Shown: positions 18,895-30,752, counted from the first letter of the stretch. The stretch is DNA of 64,000 bases from an uncultured Verrucomicrobiae bacterium (GCA_963813025.1 CAWEXO010000013.1:160001-224000); one strand, 5' to 3'. The notes: generated by a model not told the origin, from the letters alone. Program-made: numbers and translations.

Positions 18895-20385
18895 TTACCG
18901 TCGGCGGGCGACCCAGACAGCGATCCCGAGGGCGGCGGCCATGAGAGGCAGACCGATCACCACCAGGAAAACAATTCTTGTCAGTTGCCCCGGCCGCAAC
19001 CGGAGAACATACGTCTGCGGTTCCCTGACGGGGATCGCCAGCAGTTGTTCACGATCAGTCAGCCAGTTGACGCTCAGTAAAGCAAAGTCCAGCGCGGGCG
19101 CACTCTGGAGCAAAGCCTCGTCGCGCAGGAAATCGGCATTGCCGACGACCACCATCCGAGACAAAGAACGGACTTGCATGCGTTCATCCTGGATCGAGCC
19201 CTTCTCGAGAGCCCAACCAAAGACGAGCGGAGGTTCAAGATCAACCCCGGGGCGATAGATCGGGCGGAAATTATTTCGAACGAAATCGGCTTTTTCACCC
19301 CAGTAGGGCTCGATCGCTGGCGCGAGGGCCCGGGTGGCCGTAAGGCCAAGCTGCGCTACTTTGTTCCGGTCTATCGAGAGAGAAGTGGTGCCGCCTGGGA
19401 AATATCCGATGACGCGGGCCAGAGGTTTCAGGAAGGATGTTTCCGACAGAAAATGACTGTACACATCGAGCGTAATGGCACCTTCCTCGATTCCGTTCTT
19501 GGTCACCAGCAGGTCGTCTTGAGGGGTCACCCCGAGACCGGCGAGAAAGTTTTTCAGACGCGGCGTTTGCGCTCTCGGATCAAGCAGGATAAAAAGCCGC
19601 CCTTCTTGGTCCCAAAATTTCCGCAATAGTGCTGACTCGTCTTCAGTCAAGTCGTAGCGGGAACCAGGAAGAATGACCGCGGAAAAATCGGCGGGAATCG
19701 CCGTTGCACCTGTAAGGTTGAGTTCCTCTAGCGAAAAGTCCTGGTTTCGCAAAGCCGTGAGGAATCGGTTCAATGACGAATCAGGCCCAATCGAGAGTTC
19801 GCCATGACCGGTCAAAAAACCGATCTTCACCGGCTTACTTTCGATTAACGCGAGGAGGGTGCTGGTGATGACCTGCTCGCCTTTGAATACCCGCACGTCC
19901 TGGTGGTCGTCGAACAGACCGGACGGCCGATAGTCAGCTAGGTCGGTTACCGGCACGATCCTGCTGCGACCAAGGTATTCGAAGATCAGCACACCCTTGT
20001 TTGGGCTGATTTTGAAGCGTGCTTGGAGTTCGCGGGCCCGGCTGATATCGCGATAAGGATCGACTTGCTCAATGCGCAGTTTCCGTTTTGCGGCAGCGTG
20101 ATACTCGTTCAGCAACCCCGCGATATCGTCCGCCAGATCCGTTCCCGGCGATCGGATCGCCGCCGGTGAGAGGTACACGTAAATTGTCGCTTCTTTCTTG
20201 AGCGAATTCAAGACCTTGCGGGTATAGCCTGACAGGACAAACCGCCCGGTGCCCGACAAATCCCATCGTCCGTACCGCGTAAAGCCAATATAGTTAATCA
20301 GCAGGATGATTGCGCCGAGAATGACTAGCTGCAGCAGGACATTGGCCGCGATCCGGGATCGCTTGAGTCCGATCAGACTTTCCAT
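18895..20385 (-). CDS. GldG-like ABC-type uncharacterised transport auxiliary component
   Basis: N-terminal TM then RWDLS....LS..T, FLTGHGE, RMVVVGNADF, VNWL, C-terminal TM ending in RRR. Confidence 0.82.
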   Translation of the reverse strand: MESLIGLKRSRIAANVLLQLVILGAIILLINYIGFTRYGRWDLSGTGRFVLSGYTRKVLNSLKKEATIYVYLSPAAIRSPGTDLADDIAGLLNEYHAAAKRKLRIEQVDPYRDISRARELQARFKISPNKGVLIFEYLGRSRIVPVTDLADYRPSGLFDDHQDVRVFKGEQVITSTLLALIESKPVKIGFLTGHGELSIGPDSSLNRFLTALRNQDFSLEELNLTGATAIPADFSAVILPGSRYDLTEDESALLRKFWDQEGRLFILLDPRAQTPRLKNFLAGLGVTPQDDLLVTKNGIEEGAITLDVYSHFLSETSFLKPLARVIGYFPGGTTSLSIDRNKVAQLGLTATRALAPAIEPYWGEKADFVRNNFRPIYRPGVDLEPPLVFGWALEKGSIQDERMQVRSLSRMVVVGNADFLRDEALLQSAPALDFALLSVNWLTDREQLLAIPVREPQTYVLRLRPGQLTRIVFLVVIGLPLMAAALGIAVWVARRR

Positions 20386-21128
20386 CGGCGATACTGGAAG
20401 ACGTGATAAGTCATGACGAGGAAGAGCAGTGCGAAACTCGGATAAAACACCAGCGGCCGGGTGTCTATGATGCCCCGTGAGAACGCATCCATGTGATCGA
20501 GTTGGGCACAATAAGCACTCAAGTCCCTGATGAAAGGTGACGGGCTATCGATGACAAAATTTATGAGGGTGAGAAAAAAAAGACCCGTCGTGATCACCAG
20601 GGTCATCATCGCCGCTACCAACTGATTGGCGGTGAGGGCCGACGCCAGACAGCCGAGCGAGAGATTGAAGAGCCCCATCACGAATAAGAGGAGGTAGGGA
20701 GCCCAGAGCTGGGCGCCCGAACCAATGACCGCGCGATTGCCCAGCCAACCGAAGATCAGGAAGTAAGCCACGCTCGGCAGCCAGAGAATAACGTAAAAAA
20801 TGACGGCGCTCAAAAACTTCGCGGTGACCACTTGCCAGTCATGCACCGGGGCGGTCATGAGGGTCTCGACGGTGCCAAGCTTAAATTCCTCAGCAAACAA
20901 CCGCATGGTAATGACCGGGAAAACCAGGAAGTAAGCGATCCAGAAAAAGAGCGAATTAAAGAATGATTGGACGACAGTAAATTCGGTGGGGCCGCGCGAC
21001 AGCACAGCCAGCGAAAACCAGAAGGAAAGCCCGTTTAGGATAAGAAAGAAAAATAAGACTACGTAGGCAATCGGCGAGTAGAAAAACGAGGCTATCTCTC
21101 GGCGGAGCAGAATGAGCAAACCTCTCAT
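20373..21128 (-). CDS. ABC-2 permease (GldF-like)
   Basis: REIASFFYSPIAY, TMRLFAEE..LGT.E.L.T.P, F.RG.ID. Confidence 0.87.
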   Translation of the reverse strand: MRGLLILLRREIASFFYSPIAYVVLFFFLILNGLSFWFSLAVLSRGPTEFTVVQSFFNSLFFWIAYFLVFPVITMRLFAEEFKLGTVETLMTAPVHDWQVVTAKFLSAVIFYVILWLPSVAYFLIFGWLGNRAVIGSGAQLWAPYLLLFVMGLFNLSLGCLASALTANQLVAAMMTLVITTGLFFLTLINFVIDSPSPFIRDLSAYCAQLDHMDAFSRGIIDTRPLVFYPSFALLFLVMTYHVFQYRRWKV

Positions 21129-21138
21129 CGATCAATGG

Positions 21139-22071
21139 CTAGTTGTCGCTGTGGGTCAACTCCACAAAGGCATCCTCAAGGGTCGCTCGATCGCGGGTCA
21201 GCTCACGGACGGTCCATTGGCGGGCAACCGCTAGCTCGTAAATCTGGCTGCGCGGATCGGCATTCGCTTCAACCCGGATGGAGCAATGTTGCCAGCCGTC
21301 TTCCGGGGAAACTGTTATCTCTTTTATCCCGGGCAATTTCCGGAGAAATTCTTGGGGATCGTCTTTACCGGGTTGGACTTCCAGGCGGACCAGGCTCGAG
21401 GTGCGAAGTTGCCGGACCAGATTTTCCGGGGTGTCCGAAGCCTCAATCCGGCCGCGGTCGATGATGATTACCCGGGAACAGGTAGCTTCAACCTCCGGCA
21501 GGATATGGGTCGACAAGAGAATGGTGTGTCGTTGCCCGAGCGACTTAATGAGTTCGCGGACCTGTCGGATCTGATTTGGGTCCAATCCGATGGTCGGTTC
21601 GTCCAGAATCAGCAGATCTGGTTCATGAATGATGGCGTCGGCCAAACCGACGCGCTGCTTAAACCCTTTGGACAAACTCGAAATCAGTGATCGTCCGACG
21701 TCGCGCAAGCCGCACAATTCCTTCACGGCGCCAACCCTCGATCGCAGCCGGCTGCCGGCCAGACCCTTCACGGCGGCGCGAAACCGGAGATACTCTTCAA
21801 CTCGCATTTCTCCGTACAATGGCACTTGTTCGGGCAGATAACCGAGATGAAGCCGGGCTCTCTGCGAATCCCGAAAGACGTCATAGCCGGCCACGATCGC
21901 GCGCCCAGAAGTAGCCGGCATATAGCAGGCTAAGATGCGCATCGTCGTAGTCTTGCCCGCGCCGTTTGGTCCCAGAAACCCGACAATCTCGCCTTTTTCG
22001 ACCTCAAAGCTCAAACGGTCGATGGCCAGCAAGCCGGCATATCTTTTGGTGAGCTGCTGGACGACGATCAT
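21139..22071 (-). CDS. ABC transporter ATP-binding protein (GldA-like)
   Basis: GPNGAGKTT, LSKGFKQRVG, ILDEPT.GLDP, LSTHIL. Confidence 0.92.
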   Translation of the reverse strand: MIVVQQLTKRYAGLLAIDRLSFEVEKGEIVGFLGPNGAGKTTTMRILACYMPATSGRAIVAGYDVFRDSQRARLHLGYLPEQVPLYGEMRVEEYLRFRAAVKGLAGSRLRSRVGAVKELCGLRDVGRSLISSLSKGFKQRVGLADAIIHEPDLLILDEPTIGLDPNQIRQVRELIKSLGQRHTILLSTHILPEVEATCSRVIIIDRGRIEASDTPENLVRQLRTSSLVRLEVQPGKDDPQEFLRKLPGIKEITVSPEDGWQHCSIRVEANADPRSQIYELAVARQWTVRELTRDRATLEDAFVELTHSDN

Positions 22072-22283
22072 AGCAGGTTCGGGACGAGCTGAGCGGTGCA
22101 CTAAAGTCCTTGGACACTGAGATTCGATGTAGCTGAATCAAGTTTTTTTCGAGCGGATTTTCCTCCTAGGCTATTTTTCGCCTTTCCAGGACTCTTTCAA
22201 ACGCGCGCATGCCCACCAAAAATTCGTTGGGGTCCGCGTATTCTTGGCTTAGTTTTTTCTTCCCTGCTCTTTGTGGTTTGATC

Positions 22284-25025
22284 ATGAGAACGTTGAATGA
22301 TTGGAACGCTGGTTTGCTGGACGAGTACTACTCGCGCTGGAAACAAGACCCGCGATCCGTTGATGCAAGTTGGTCTGCTTTCTTTGAAGGCTTTGAGCTG
22401 GGCTCCGCTCCCGGAAAAAATGGAGCCGGAGCCATTGCTGAGACTGAAGAAGCCGCGGAAGAGTTGCAAGACAGGATCGACGCGCTGGTTTACAAGTTTC
22501 GGGTTCTTGGCCACACGCAAGCGTATCTGGATCCGTTAGCCGAGTCGGCTCCGGAACGACCGGCCCTCAGCTTGTCTGAGCTCGGTTTGGAGAAGGTTGC
22601 GCTCGATACGATTGTCTCCAGCCGCTATTTTCAGAAAGGGCGGCAACTGTCGCTTGGTCAATTGATCGACGAATTGCGTCGTATCTACTGCGACACGATC
22701 GGCGTGGAGTTCATGCATATCCAGGACGAGAGGATCCGCGATTGGGTCCGCGACAAAATCGAACAACGGGTGACGCTGCCAATCGCGGATGCCAAGAGGC
22801 AAAAAAGTCTTCTTCGTATCCTGATGGAAGCAGAGACCTTTGAGCAATTTGTCCATACGAAGTTCCTTGGGCAAAAACGATTTTCGCTGCAAGGGTCGGA
22901 GGGGCTGATGATAATGCTGGAGACGATCCTCGAGCATTGTCCGGGACACGACGTCCGCGAAATCGTGATGGGCATGGCTCACCGCGGCCGGCTGACGGTC
23001 TTGGCCAATTTCCTGCGCAAGTCGTACAACACAATTTTTAAGGAATTTTCGGAAAACTATATACCGGATCTGGTCGCCGGAGACGCTGACGTAAAATATC
23101 ACCTCGGATACGAAAGTGTTCGCCGAAGCAATCTTGGCCAGGAGGTCGCGATTGCTTTAGCCGCGAACCCAAGTCATCTCGAAATAGTCAATCCAGTGGT
23201 CGAAGGTAAGGCGAGGGCGCGCCAGCGCATCCTCGATGATACTGTGGAGAGACGGAAGGTCCTCCCGCTGCTGCTGCACGGCGACGCCGCCTTTGCCGGT
23301 CAAGGTATCGTGGCGGAAGTTTTGAACTTGTCCCAGTTACCGGGGTACGAGACTGGCGGGACGGTGCACATTATCGTCAACAATCAGATCGGGTTTACGA
23401 CGTTGCCAGCCGATGCTCGTTCGAGCACCTATTGTACCGATGTGGCGAAGATGATCGAGGCGCCGATCTTCCACGTCAATGGCGATGACCCACTGGCGCT
23501 CGAGTACGTCGCCGGCGTCGCGTTGGAGTTCCGGCAGAGATTCTCCCGAGACGTGGTCTTAGACATGGTTTGTTACCGGCGATACGGCCACAATGAGACG
23601 GATGAGCCAAGCTTCACGCAGCCCCGGCTCTACAAACAGATCCAGAGCCATTCCCCGATTACGAAAATCTTTCGGGAGCGCATGCTCAAATCCGGCGCGT
23701 TAACGTCGGAGGAGGCGGATCGGTTGGGAAAGGAATTCAAGAAACGCCTGGAATCGGCTTTGATCGAGGTCCAGAGCTCGGACGTTACCTCGAAAAAGGA
23801 TCATCACCGCAGCTTTGAGGAATCAACCGCGGTTTTCCAGGCGCCCTATAGTCACGACGAACCCGACACCAGGGTTTCGAAAGAGACGGTCGACTTGATT
23901 GTGGATCGTATTACGCAAGTGCCGGAGTCTTTCCATGTGCAGCCGCAGATCAAGAAGCTCATGCTTGATCGCCGTCGGCAGGCGCACAGCGCGGGCGGTC
24001 CCTACGACTGGTCATTTGGCGAGGCCTTGGCTTTTGGATCCTTGCTGGTCGAGGGCATCCCGGTTCGCTTGTCTGGTCAGGATAGCCGTCGCGGTACTTT
24101 CAGTCAGAGGCATTCGGTACTTTACGATGTCAATACTCGGGAGCGGTACATTCCGCTCGGCAACATTACTCGGGACCAGGCGCGTTTTTGCGTCTATAAC
24201 AGCATGCTGTCTGAGGCGGCGGTGCTCGGATTCGACTACGGGTACTCCCTGGATTATCCTAAGATGCTTTGTCTCTGGGAGGCGCAGTTCGGCGATTTCG
24301 CCAACGGCGCGCAGGTGGTCATCGATCAGTTCATCGCCAGCTCTGAATCGAAATGGCAACGTCCGAGCGGAATCGTTCTGCTCCTGCCTCACGGCTATGA
24401 AGGGCAGGGACCTGAGCACTCCAGTGCGCGCCTGGAACGCTTTCTCCAGCTTTGCGCGGAGGAGAACATGCAGGTTTGCAACCTCACGACACCGGCGCAG
24501 TATTTTCACGTCCTGCGCCGCCAAGTGAAAACGGAGATCCGGAAACCCCTTATACTGATGACTCCCAAATCGCTGCTGCGCAACGAGCGGGCCGTTTCTT
24601 CCCTCCCCGATTTTACGGAGACAGATTTTCAGCAGGTTCTTGGTCCGACGCTGCGCGGAGACGCATCCCGGGTCACTCGGGTAATTTTTTGCGCGGGGAA
24701 AGTTTTCTATGACCTGATCTCCTACCAGGAAGCGCAAAATATCGAGGATGTGGCCCTGATCCGCATCGAGCAACTTTATCCGCTGAATACCGGAGCGGTT
24801 GAAGGGGCGCTCGCACCCTTGCGTTCGACAGCTCACTGGGTGTGGTGTCAGGAAGAGCCGCGCAACATGGGTGCCTGGACCTACATCTCGCCGATCCTCG
24901 GACGGATCACCGGACAGGCGATTGCTTATGCCGGGCGCCCCCCTGCCGCGAGCCCGGCGGTCGGTTCGAAAGCGTGGCACGACCTTCAACAAAAAGAGCT
25001 AATACAAAGCGCCTTCACGATCTGA
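22284..25025 (+). CDS. sucA: 2-oxoglutarate dehydrogenase E1
   Basis: [67 protein letters not shown]. Confidence 0.98.
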   Translation: MRTLNDWNAGLLDEYYSRWKQDPRSVDASWSAFFEGFELGSAPGKNGAGAIAETEEAAEELQDRIDALVYKFRVLGHTQAYLDPLAESAPERPALSLSELGLEKVALDTIVSSRYFQKGRQLSLGQLIDELRRIYCDTIGVEFMHIQDERIRDWVRDKIEQRVTLPIADAKRQKSLLRILMEAETFEQFVHTKFLGQKRFSLQGSEGLMIMLETILEHCPGHDVREIVMGMAHRGRLTVLANFLRKSYNTIFKEFSENYIPDLVAGDADVKYHLGYESVRRSNLGQEVAIALAANPSHLEIVNPVVEGKARARQRILDDTVERRKVLPLLLHGDAAFAGQGIVAEVLNLSQLPGYETGGTVHIIVNNQIGFTTLPADARSSTYCTDVAKMIEAPIFHVNGDDPLALEYVAGVALEFRQRFSRDVVLDMVCYRRYGHNETDEPSFTQPRLYKQIQSHSPITKIFRERMLKSGALTSEEADRLGKEFKKRLESALIEVQSSDVTSKKDHHRSFEESTAVFQAPYSHDEPDTRVSKETVDLIVDRITQVPESFHVQPQIKKLMLDRRRQAHSAGGPYDWSFGEALAFGSLLVEGIPVRLSGQDSRRGTFSQRHSVLYDVNTRERYIPLGNITRDQARFCVYNSMLSEAAVLGFDYGYSLDYPKMLCLWEAQFGDFANGAQVVIDQFIASSESKWQRPSGIVLLLPHGYEGQGPEHSSARLERFLQLCAEENMQVCNLTTPAQYFHVLRRQVKTEIRKPLILMTPKSLLRNERAVSSLPDFTETDFQQVLGPTLRGDASRVTRVIFCAGKVFYDLISYQEAQNIEDVALIRIEQLYPLNTGAVEGALAPLRSTAHWVWCQEEPRNMGAWTYISPILGRITGQAIAYAGRPPAASPAVGSKAWHDLQQKELIQSAFTI

Positions 25026-25026
25026 C

Positions 25027-26286
25027 ATGCCTATCGAGATAAAAATTCCGGCCGTCGGCGAGTCGATCACTTCCGGGCTGCTCTCTGCGTGGCACAAGAA
25101 ATCAGGCGATTTTGTACAGGATGGAGAACCACTTTTCGCGCTGGAGACCGACAAAATCTCCACCGACGTGCCGGCTCCTGCATCTGGGAAAGTGCTGATC
25201 GAGGTTGAGGCTGGGCAGGAAGTCAAAATCGGTCAGGTCATCGGCTCGATCGATGAAGCCGCTCAGCCCGCCGCAAAGGCTGGCAAAACGCCAGGTGAAA
25301 CGCCCACCAAGGCAACTCCGGCGACCTTGGCGGTCGAGGATCCTGCTTCAGAAAGCGAGCGCAGTTCTACGTTATCGCCGGCGGCCCGCCGCGTAGCAGA
25401 GGAGGAAAGAATTCCGGTCGGCGAGGTGAAAGGAACAGGAAAGCGTGGGCAGGTAACCAAATCCGATCTGGTCGAATATCTTGAGCGCGGGCAACCGCCT
25501 CCGGACCAGGCTGCTCCGGTCAAGTCGCGCCAGGCATCGTTACCGCCACTCACAATGACGCCGAAGACCGCTCCGGTCGAACAAAGCGAGAGGTTCGTGC
25601 GCCGCAAGATGACTCCGCTGCGCAAAAAGATTGCCGCTCAACTGGTTTTGGCTCAGCAGAATGCCGCCATGCTCACGACCTTTAATGAGTGTGACATGTC
25701 CTCCGTGATGACGCTGCGTTCCAGATACCAGGAGAGCTTTCAAAAACGCCACGGGATTAAGCTGGGCTTTATGTCGTTCTTTGTGAAGGCGGTTGTTGAC
25801 GCTTTGCATGCCGTTCCGGCAATCAATGCGCGCCTGGATGGCGACGATCTGATCGAAAACAGATACTTTGATATCGGAGTAGCCGTAGGCACTGAGCGCG
25901 GATTGGTAGTCCCGATCATTCGGGATGCCGATAAAAAGAGCTTCGCGGAGATTGAAAAAGACGTCGCAAACTTTGCGGGAAAGGCGCGTGACGGGAAACT
26001 CCAGCTTGACGATTTGACCGGTGGAGTTTTCACGATCACAAATGGAGGGATCTATGGTTCTTTGCTGAGTACGCCCATCCTGAATCCGCCGCAGAGCGGG
26101 ATTCTCGGCATGCACAAGATTCAACCCCGTCCTGTTGCTCTTGAGGGTGAAGTGGAAATTCGGCCCATGATGTACCTGGCTCTGAGTTACGATCACCGCG
26201 TGGTCGACGGTCGGGAGGCGGTGACCTTCCTGGTGCGTGTAAGGGACTGCATCGAAGATCCTTCCAGGCTCCTGTTACAGGGCTAG
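25027..26286 (+). CDS. sucB: Dihydrolipoyllysine succinyltransferase (E2)
   Basis: Lipoyl ETDK, E3-binding [30 protein letters not shown]. Confidence 0.97.
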   Translation: MPIEIKIPAVGESITSGLLSAWHKKSGDFVQDGEPLFALETDKISTDVPAPASGKVLIEVEAGQEVKIGQVIGSIDEAAQPAAKAGKTPGETPTKATPATLAVEDPASESERSSTLSPAARRVAEEERIPVGEVKGTGKRGQVTKSDLVEYLERGQPPPDQAAPVKSRQASLPPLTMTPKTAPVEQSERFVRRKMTPLRKKIAAQLVLAQQNAAMLTTFNECDMSSVMTLRSRYQESFQKRHGIKLGFMSFFVKAVVDALHAVPAINARLDGDDLIENRYFDIGVAVGTERGLVVPIIRDADKKSFAEIEKDVANFAGKARDGKLQLDDLTGGVFTITNGGIYGSLLSTPILNPPQSGILGMHKIQPRPVALEGEVEIRPMMYLALSYDHRVVDGREAVTFLVRVRDCIEDPSRLLLQG

Positions 26287-26302
26287 GAAATTGGAAGACA
26301 CG

Positions 26303-26367
26303 GTCGGGCACGTTTCACGTTTCGCGTCCAATCGGCCGCGAAACCCGAAACGTGAAACGTGCCCGAC
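26303..26367. repeat. Perfect 22-bp inverted repeat built from CACGTTT heptamers
   Basis: GTCGGGCACGTTTCACGTTTCG (26303-26324) pairs with CGAAACGTGAAACGTGCCCGAC (26346-26367). Confidence 0.8.
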
Positions 26368-26424
26368 ATTCCCATGGCCGAAAACGGCGAGACGTTCGCC
26401 GAATCGATGTCATGCTGGTCCATT

Positions 26425-27849
26425 ATGTTGGATCGGGAACAGTGTTACCAAGCGGTTTTGACACGCGACAAGCGGTTCGATGGATTGTTCTATGTCGCGG
26501 TCATGACCACGCGGATTTATTGCCGCCCTATCTGTCCATCGAAACGGCCTCGGTTCGAGCACTGCCTTTTTTTCCAGTACGCGGCTGGAGCCGAGGCAGC
26601 AGGTTTTCGCCCGTGTCTGCGCTGCCGCCCCGAGCTGGCGCCGGGACTGGCTCCAGTCGATCAACGAGAACGTCTCCTCAACGCCGCGTTGCGCCACATC
26701 GCCGAATTGGGATCTGAGCTTCGTCTGGAAACCCTCGCTGGCAGGCTCGGCGTCAGCGAGCGACACCTACGCCGGGTGATCAACAGTGCATTTGGTCTCT
26801 CCCCGATTGAACTAGTGCAAACCCAACGGCTCTTAATGGCCAAACGGTTGTTGAGCGACACCAGCTTGCCAATCATCGACGTGGCTTTTGTCAGCGGTTT
26901 TTCAAGTCTCCGGCGTTTTAATTTTTTGTTTCGCGATCGTTACCAGCTGACGCCTGGCCGTCTCCGCAAAAAGCGGGGATTGACGAGTCAATCGCCCCGG
27001 CTCAGCTGCTTTCTTGCTTATCGGGCGCCGTTTGATTGGGAGGCTTGCTTGCAATTCCTTTCGCGCCGGCTCTTTGGTGGGGTGGAAACGATTGTCGATG
27101 GACGCTACTGGCGCACGGTGCAGATCGGCCGCTACGCTGGTTGGCTGATGGCAGAGAATGAACCAGCCAAGGATCGGCTTAGAGTTCAAGTTTCTCCAGA
27201 GCTGGTCCCGGTCCTCGGCCAATTGCTTTTGCGAGTGCGGCATCTTTTCGATCTTGACGCGGTACCGGACCAGATAGCGACGTCACTCGGTGATGTGGCC
27301 GCGCCCAATCCTGGAATACGTGTTCCCGGGGCATTCAACGGTTTCGAGGTGGCGGTGCGAGCGGTTCTGGGGCAGCAGATCAGTGTAGCGGCGGCAACAA
27401 CCCTGGCAGGCCGATTAGCTGTTCGATTCGGCGACCCGTTAAGTACACCGGTGCCAGGTCTGAGTCGACTGACACCGTCGCCCGAAAGATTGGCCCAAGC
27501 TAGCCAGGAAGACATCGGCCGCGTGGGAATGCCCCACTCCCGGGCAGCCGCCCTCCGCGCGCTCGCCGAGGCAGTAAGCAGTAAACAGCTTGATCTGGAG
27601 AGCAATCACAATCTCAAGCAGGCCCTGCGCCAACTTTCGGCTCTCCCGGGCTTCGGCGATTGGACGGTCCAATATATTGCGATGCGAGCTTATGCGTGGC
27701 CGGACTCATTCCCGGCCAGCGATCTTGGTCTGTTGCGAGCCTTGAAAGTGAACAAGAGCAAAGCCGCCATTCGGCTTGCGGAAAAATGGAGGCCCTGGCG
27801 GGCCTACGCGGTCATGCACCTATGGAAGAGCTTGGAGAATTCCTTATGA
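26425..27849 (+). CDS. alkA: Ada-AlkA fusion: Ada Zn/AraC regulator plus DNA-3-methyladenine glycosylase II
   Basis: RD.RFDG.F, IYCRPICP, AGFRPCLRCRP, AraC HTH (GFSSLRRFN), LGQQIS, PG.G.WT.QY, WRPWRAYA. Confidence 0.93.
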   Translation: MLDREQCYQAVLTRDKRFDGLFYVAVMTTRIYCRPICPSKRPRFEHCLFFQYAAGAEAAGFRPCLRCRPELAPGLAPVDQRERLLNAALRHIAELGSELRLETLAGRLGVSERHLRRVINSAFGLSPIELVQTQRLLMAKRLLSDTSLPIIDVAFVSGFSSLRRFNFLFRDRYQLTPGRLRKKRGLTSQSPRLSCFLAYRAPFDWEACLQFLSRRLFGGVETIVDGRYWRTVQIGRYAGWLMAENEPAKDRLRVQVSPELVPVLGQLLLRVRHLFDLDAVPDQIATSLGDVAAPNPGIRVPGAFNGFEVAVRAVLGQQISVAAATTLAGRLAVRFGDPLSTPVPGLSRLTPSPERLAQASQEDIGRVGMPHSRAAALRALAEAVSSKQLDLESNHNLKQALRQLSALPGFGDWTVQYIAMRAYAWPDSFPASDLGLLRALKVNKSKAAIRLAEKWRPWRAYAVMHLWKSLENSL

Positions 27850-28343
27850 AAAGTCATTGTTACTATCATAGCCCGATCGGAAAGTTGCTCCTCGTCGGTG
27901 AAAACGAAGAACTTGCCGGGCTGCATTTTGCGATGGGCGTTTCGGTTGACAACCTGGAACAGGGGCCAAACTCATCGTTGTTTGCCAAGGTCAGCAAGCA
28001 ACTCGATGAATACTTCGAGGGCAAGCGCCATGAGTTTCAGTTACGTCTTCGGCTGAAAGGCAGCCCCTTTCAGATAGCTGCCTGGCGTGCCCTTTCTGAT
28101 ATACCATATGGCACAACCATCTCTTACAAAGAGCAGGCCGATCGGATAGGCAGTGTGCCGCGCGCGGTCGGTCTGGCCAACGGCCAGAACCCGCTCGCAA
28201 TTATTCTGCCATGCCACCGGGTAATTGGCGCAAATGGCAGCCTGACCGGGTACGGCGGAGGGCTGGAAAGAAAAGCAGCACTACTGTCCTTCGAGGCGAA
28301 TGTTCGGGATTTCGGGCCTGCGCCCATGAACGCCCTGGCATGA
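27846..28343 (+). CDS. ogt: Methylated-DNA-protein-cysteine methyltransferase
   Basis: SPIG.L, IPYG...SY, RAVG.ANG.NP, PCHRVIG; ATGA overlap with alkA. Confidence 0.95.
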   Translation: MKSHCYYHSPIGKLLLVGENEELAGLHFAMGVSVDNLEQGPNSSLFAKVSKQLDEYFEGKRHEFQLRLRLKGSPFQIAAWRALSDIPYGTTISYKEQADRIGSVPRAVGLANGQNPLAIILPCHRVIGANGSLTGYGGGLERKAALLSFEANVRDFGPAPMNALA

Positions 28344-28420
28344 AAGAACGACCCTTGCTTTCCTGGCGGAAAAAATCCGCTCACAAAACTTGAGTCATCT
28401 ACATCGAATTTCGGAGGAGC

Positions 28421-29818
28421 CTAGGTCTTTGCGGTTGCTGGTTCCAAGGCCTGCGGGCTGGTCGTTTCGACCAACTCCGTCGACGGTTTTGGATCGGCTA
28501 TCGCGCCGATAAGTGAGCTTTTCTTGAAGCGATTGAGATAATCCAAAATATGCTCCTGTACCTGTGACTTGAGTTGAAAAGCGATCTCCGGATTCGCCGC
28601 ACCTAAGGTGATGCGAACAACCATGGAAGCCTCACCCAGCTCGCTGATCATTACCTCCCATTTGCCTCCGTTCCACAGCGGATTGGCGCGCAGCATGGTC
28701 TCCACTTGCTTGCGGATCGCCGGCAGTGAAGCGTCCAAAGAAAGGACCAACGAGAACGAGGTGAGCGATTCAGCCGACGTTCGTGTCCAGTTGGTAAAGG
28801 GCTTTTCGAGGAAATAGGTAACCGGCAGGATCAAGCGACGCAGATCCCGTAACCGGACGGAAACGAAGCTGAAGGTAATTTCCTCAATGGTCCCGACGAC
28901 GTTCTCGACCTCAACCACGTCGCCGAGAGCAATCGGCTGGGTGAGCGCAAGCTGAAGACCGGCGAAGATGTTTTGGAGTGTACGCTGCGCCGCGACCCCC
29001 GCCACCAATCCCAGGATTCCGGCGGAAGTCAGCAGGCTGGCTCCAAAGGCCCGGACCTGGTCAAAGACCATCAAGGCCGCGCCCAGTGTTGCCAGAATAA
29101 TCAGGACATTGAGCATCCGATGCATGACCGAATACTGTGTTTCCGCCGCGCGAATTTGCCGTTCCTCATCGCCATACTTTACCTTCGCGCGTTGAGCTAT
29201 TTTCGCTTCGACCAAACGGAGGGTTCGCAAACTATCGATCCCCACGAAAAGAATAACGACGACCAGAGTAAGGCGCTCAAAAAGTCCCTCCACCTGCCTG
29301 GGAACTCCGAGCATCGGAATGACAAGGAAAGCGAACATCAGTGGCAGAAGAGCCTGCAGAGCTTGAGCGCCGGTCAAAATCAGAATCGCGTGAGAATGTT
29401 CAAGATCTTTCAAGGCAGCTTCACGCAGCCGTCGGCTGCGAAGTCTTATGACTGTAACGATCAAATTAATGAAAACAGCAATCGTCAGGGCAGCAGGCAA
29501 TCTCCATTCCCAGCCAGGCTTGCTAAACCAAGCGGAAATCGCCGGCTGCAGTGCGAAATCATGAAGCAGAATTTGATAACATCCGATGATCGCAGTGAGA
29601 AGGATCAGCCGGGGGATGGTCAATTGGACGATCAAGAACAGCACATTCCAACCGCGCGGCGGCGCTTCGTATTGGCTCCTGGCCGCTAACTGGGTTGGAC
29701 AATGGATACCCGCACGATTGAACCTGTCCGACACGTAGCGTTGCAGGAGCCGCAAACCGAAAAGCACCAAAAAAAGAATCAACAGGTGACCGACGGCAAC
29801 CATGAGAATTTGAAGCAT
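28421..29818 (-). CDS. MscS-family mechanosensitive channel
   Basis: SLL.SAG..GL.AG.AAQ.TL.N..AG.Q, GTIEEIT, RRLILP..YF..KPF.NWTR. Confidence 0.88.
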   Translation of the reverse strand: MLQILMVAVGHLLILFLVLFGLRLLQRYVSDRFNRAGIHCPTQLAARSQYEAPPRGWNVLFLIVQLTIPRLILLTAIIGCYQILLHDFALQPAISAWFSKPGWEWRLPAALTIAVFINLIVTVIRLRSRRLREAALKDLEHSHAILILTGAQALQALLPLMFAFLVIPMLGVPRQVEGLFERLTLVVVILFVGIDSLRTLRLVEAKIAQRAKVKYGDEERQIRAAETQYSVMHRMLNVLIILATLGAALMVFDQVRAFGASLLTSAGILGLVAGVAAQRTLQNIFAGLQLALTQPIALGDVVEVENVVGTIEEITFSFVSVRLRDLRRLILPVTYFLEKPFTNWTRTSAESLTSFSLVLSLDASLPAIRKQVETMLRANPLWNGGKWEVMISELGEASMVVRITLGAANPEIAFQLKSQVQEHILDYLNRFKKSSLIGAIADPKPSTELVETTSPQALEPATAKT

Positions 29819-29960
29819 GGAATAAAGTCTCGTGGGGAATTAAGGCGATTTAGACAATGAAAGCAACACGGTGCTCGCCCCGGGTTGCAAGGCAAGAGGG
29901 GACATTAGCGGCGACACGTCTCGACCTGGACGAGCAGGCCACCTCCGTAAAGCTACGGCG

Positions 29961-30422
29961 TCAGAACGGAATATCGTCCGGTTCCGCGTCCAGGTCCGGG
30001 TCTTTTGCCGGACGAGACGGCGGCGAGGCAGTGCCCGTTCTGGCCGGTCGTGCACCCGAGGCGGCGGCCGGACCGCCTTCCGCATCCGAGCGACTGCCGA
30101 GCATCTGCAACGTTTCCCCAATCACCCGCAGCTTGGACCGCTTTTGCCCGGTCTGTTTATCGTCCCAACTATCCAACTGAAGGCGGCCTTCAATAAAAAC
30201 TGATCGGCCCTTTTTCAGGTATTGTTCGGCTATTTCGGCCAGACGCGCCCAAAGGACGACATCGACATAGGTAACCTCTTCACGTCGTTCGCCTTCTTCA
30301 GCCGTGAACACGCGATTGACCGCCAACCCGAGATCTGCGACCGCAGTACCCTTTGGAGTGTAACGCACTTCGGGATCTCGCGTGAGGTTCCCAATCAGAA
30401 AAACACGGTTCAGATTAGCCAT
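29961..30422 (-). CDS. ssb: Single-stranded DNA-binding protein
   Basis: NRVFLIGNLTRDPE.RYTP.G, acidic DDIPF tail. Confidence 0.98.
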   Translation of the reverse strand: MANLNRVFLIGNLTRDPEVRYTPKGTAVADLGLAVNRVFTAEEGERREEVTYVDVVLWARLAEIAEQYLKKGRSVFIEGRLQLDSWDDKQTGQKRSKLRVIGETLQMLGSRSDAEGGPAAASGARPARTGTASPPSRPAKDPDLDAEPDDIPF

Positions 30423-30427
30423 AACGA

Positions 30428-30745
30428 TTAAGCAGCCGCGTTTTTGACCGCAGCCTTTGCGGAGAGCTTTTGATAATGCTGGAGAAAAACCACTGGGTCG
30501 AGCTTGAATTTACCGCGCAGCCTGGCGATCGCTCCCGGTTCCGCTTCGAAGACAAAATTAACGTAATACACTGAATCGACATGTCTCGGAGTATAAGGGA
30601 GTTGCCGTTTATCCATCTTCTGGACTTGCTCGATTTTCGCGTCCTCTTTTCCAAAATCTGCTTCGAGTCGCTCGATAAGTTCTTTTACACCGTCTTCCTG
30701 GCCTCGGGTATCGAGCGCCAACAAACATTCATAACGATTTATCAT
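30428..30745 (-). CDS. rpsF: 30S ribosomal protein S6
   Basis: RYE.....D, ..R.L.Y, YVNF.F; position between pth and ssb. Confidence 0.88.
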   Translation of the reverse strand: MINRYECLLALDTRGQEDGVKELIERLEADFGKEDAKIEQVQKMDKRQLPYTPRHVDSVYYVNFVFEAEPGAIARLRGKFKLDPVVFLQHYQKLSAKAAVKNAAA

Positions 30746-30752
30746 AGTGTTT

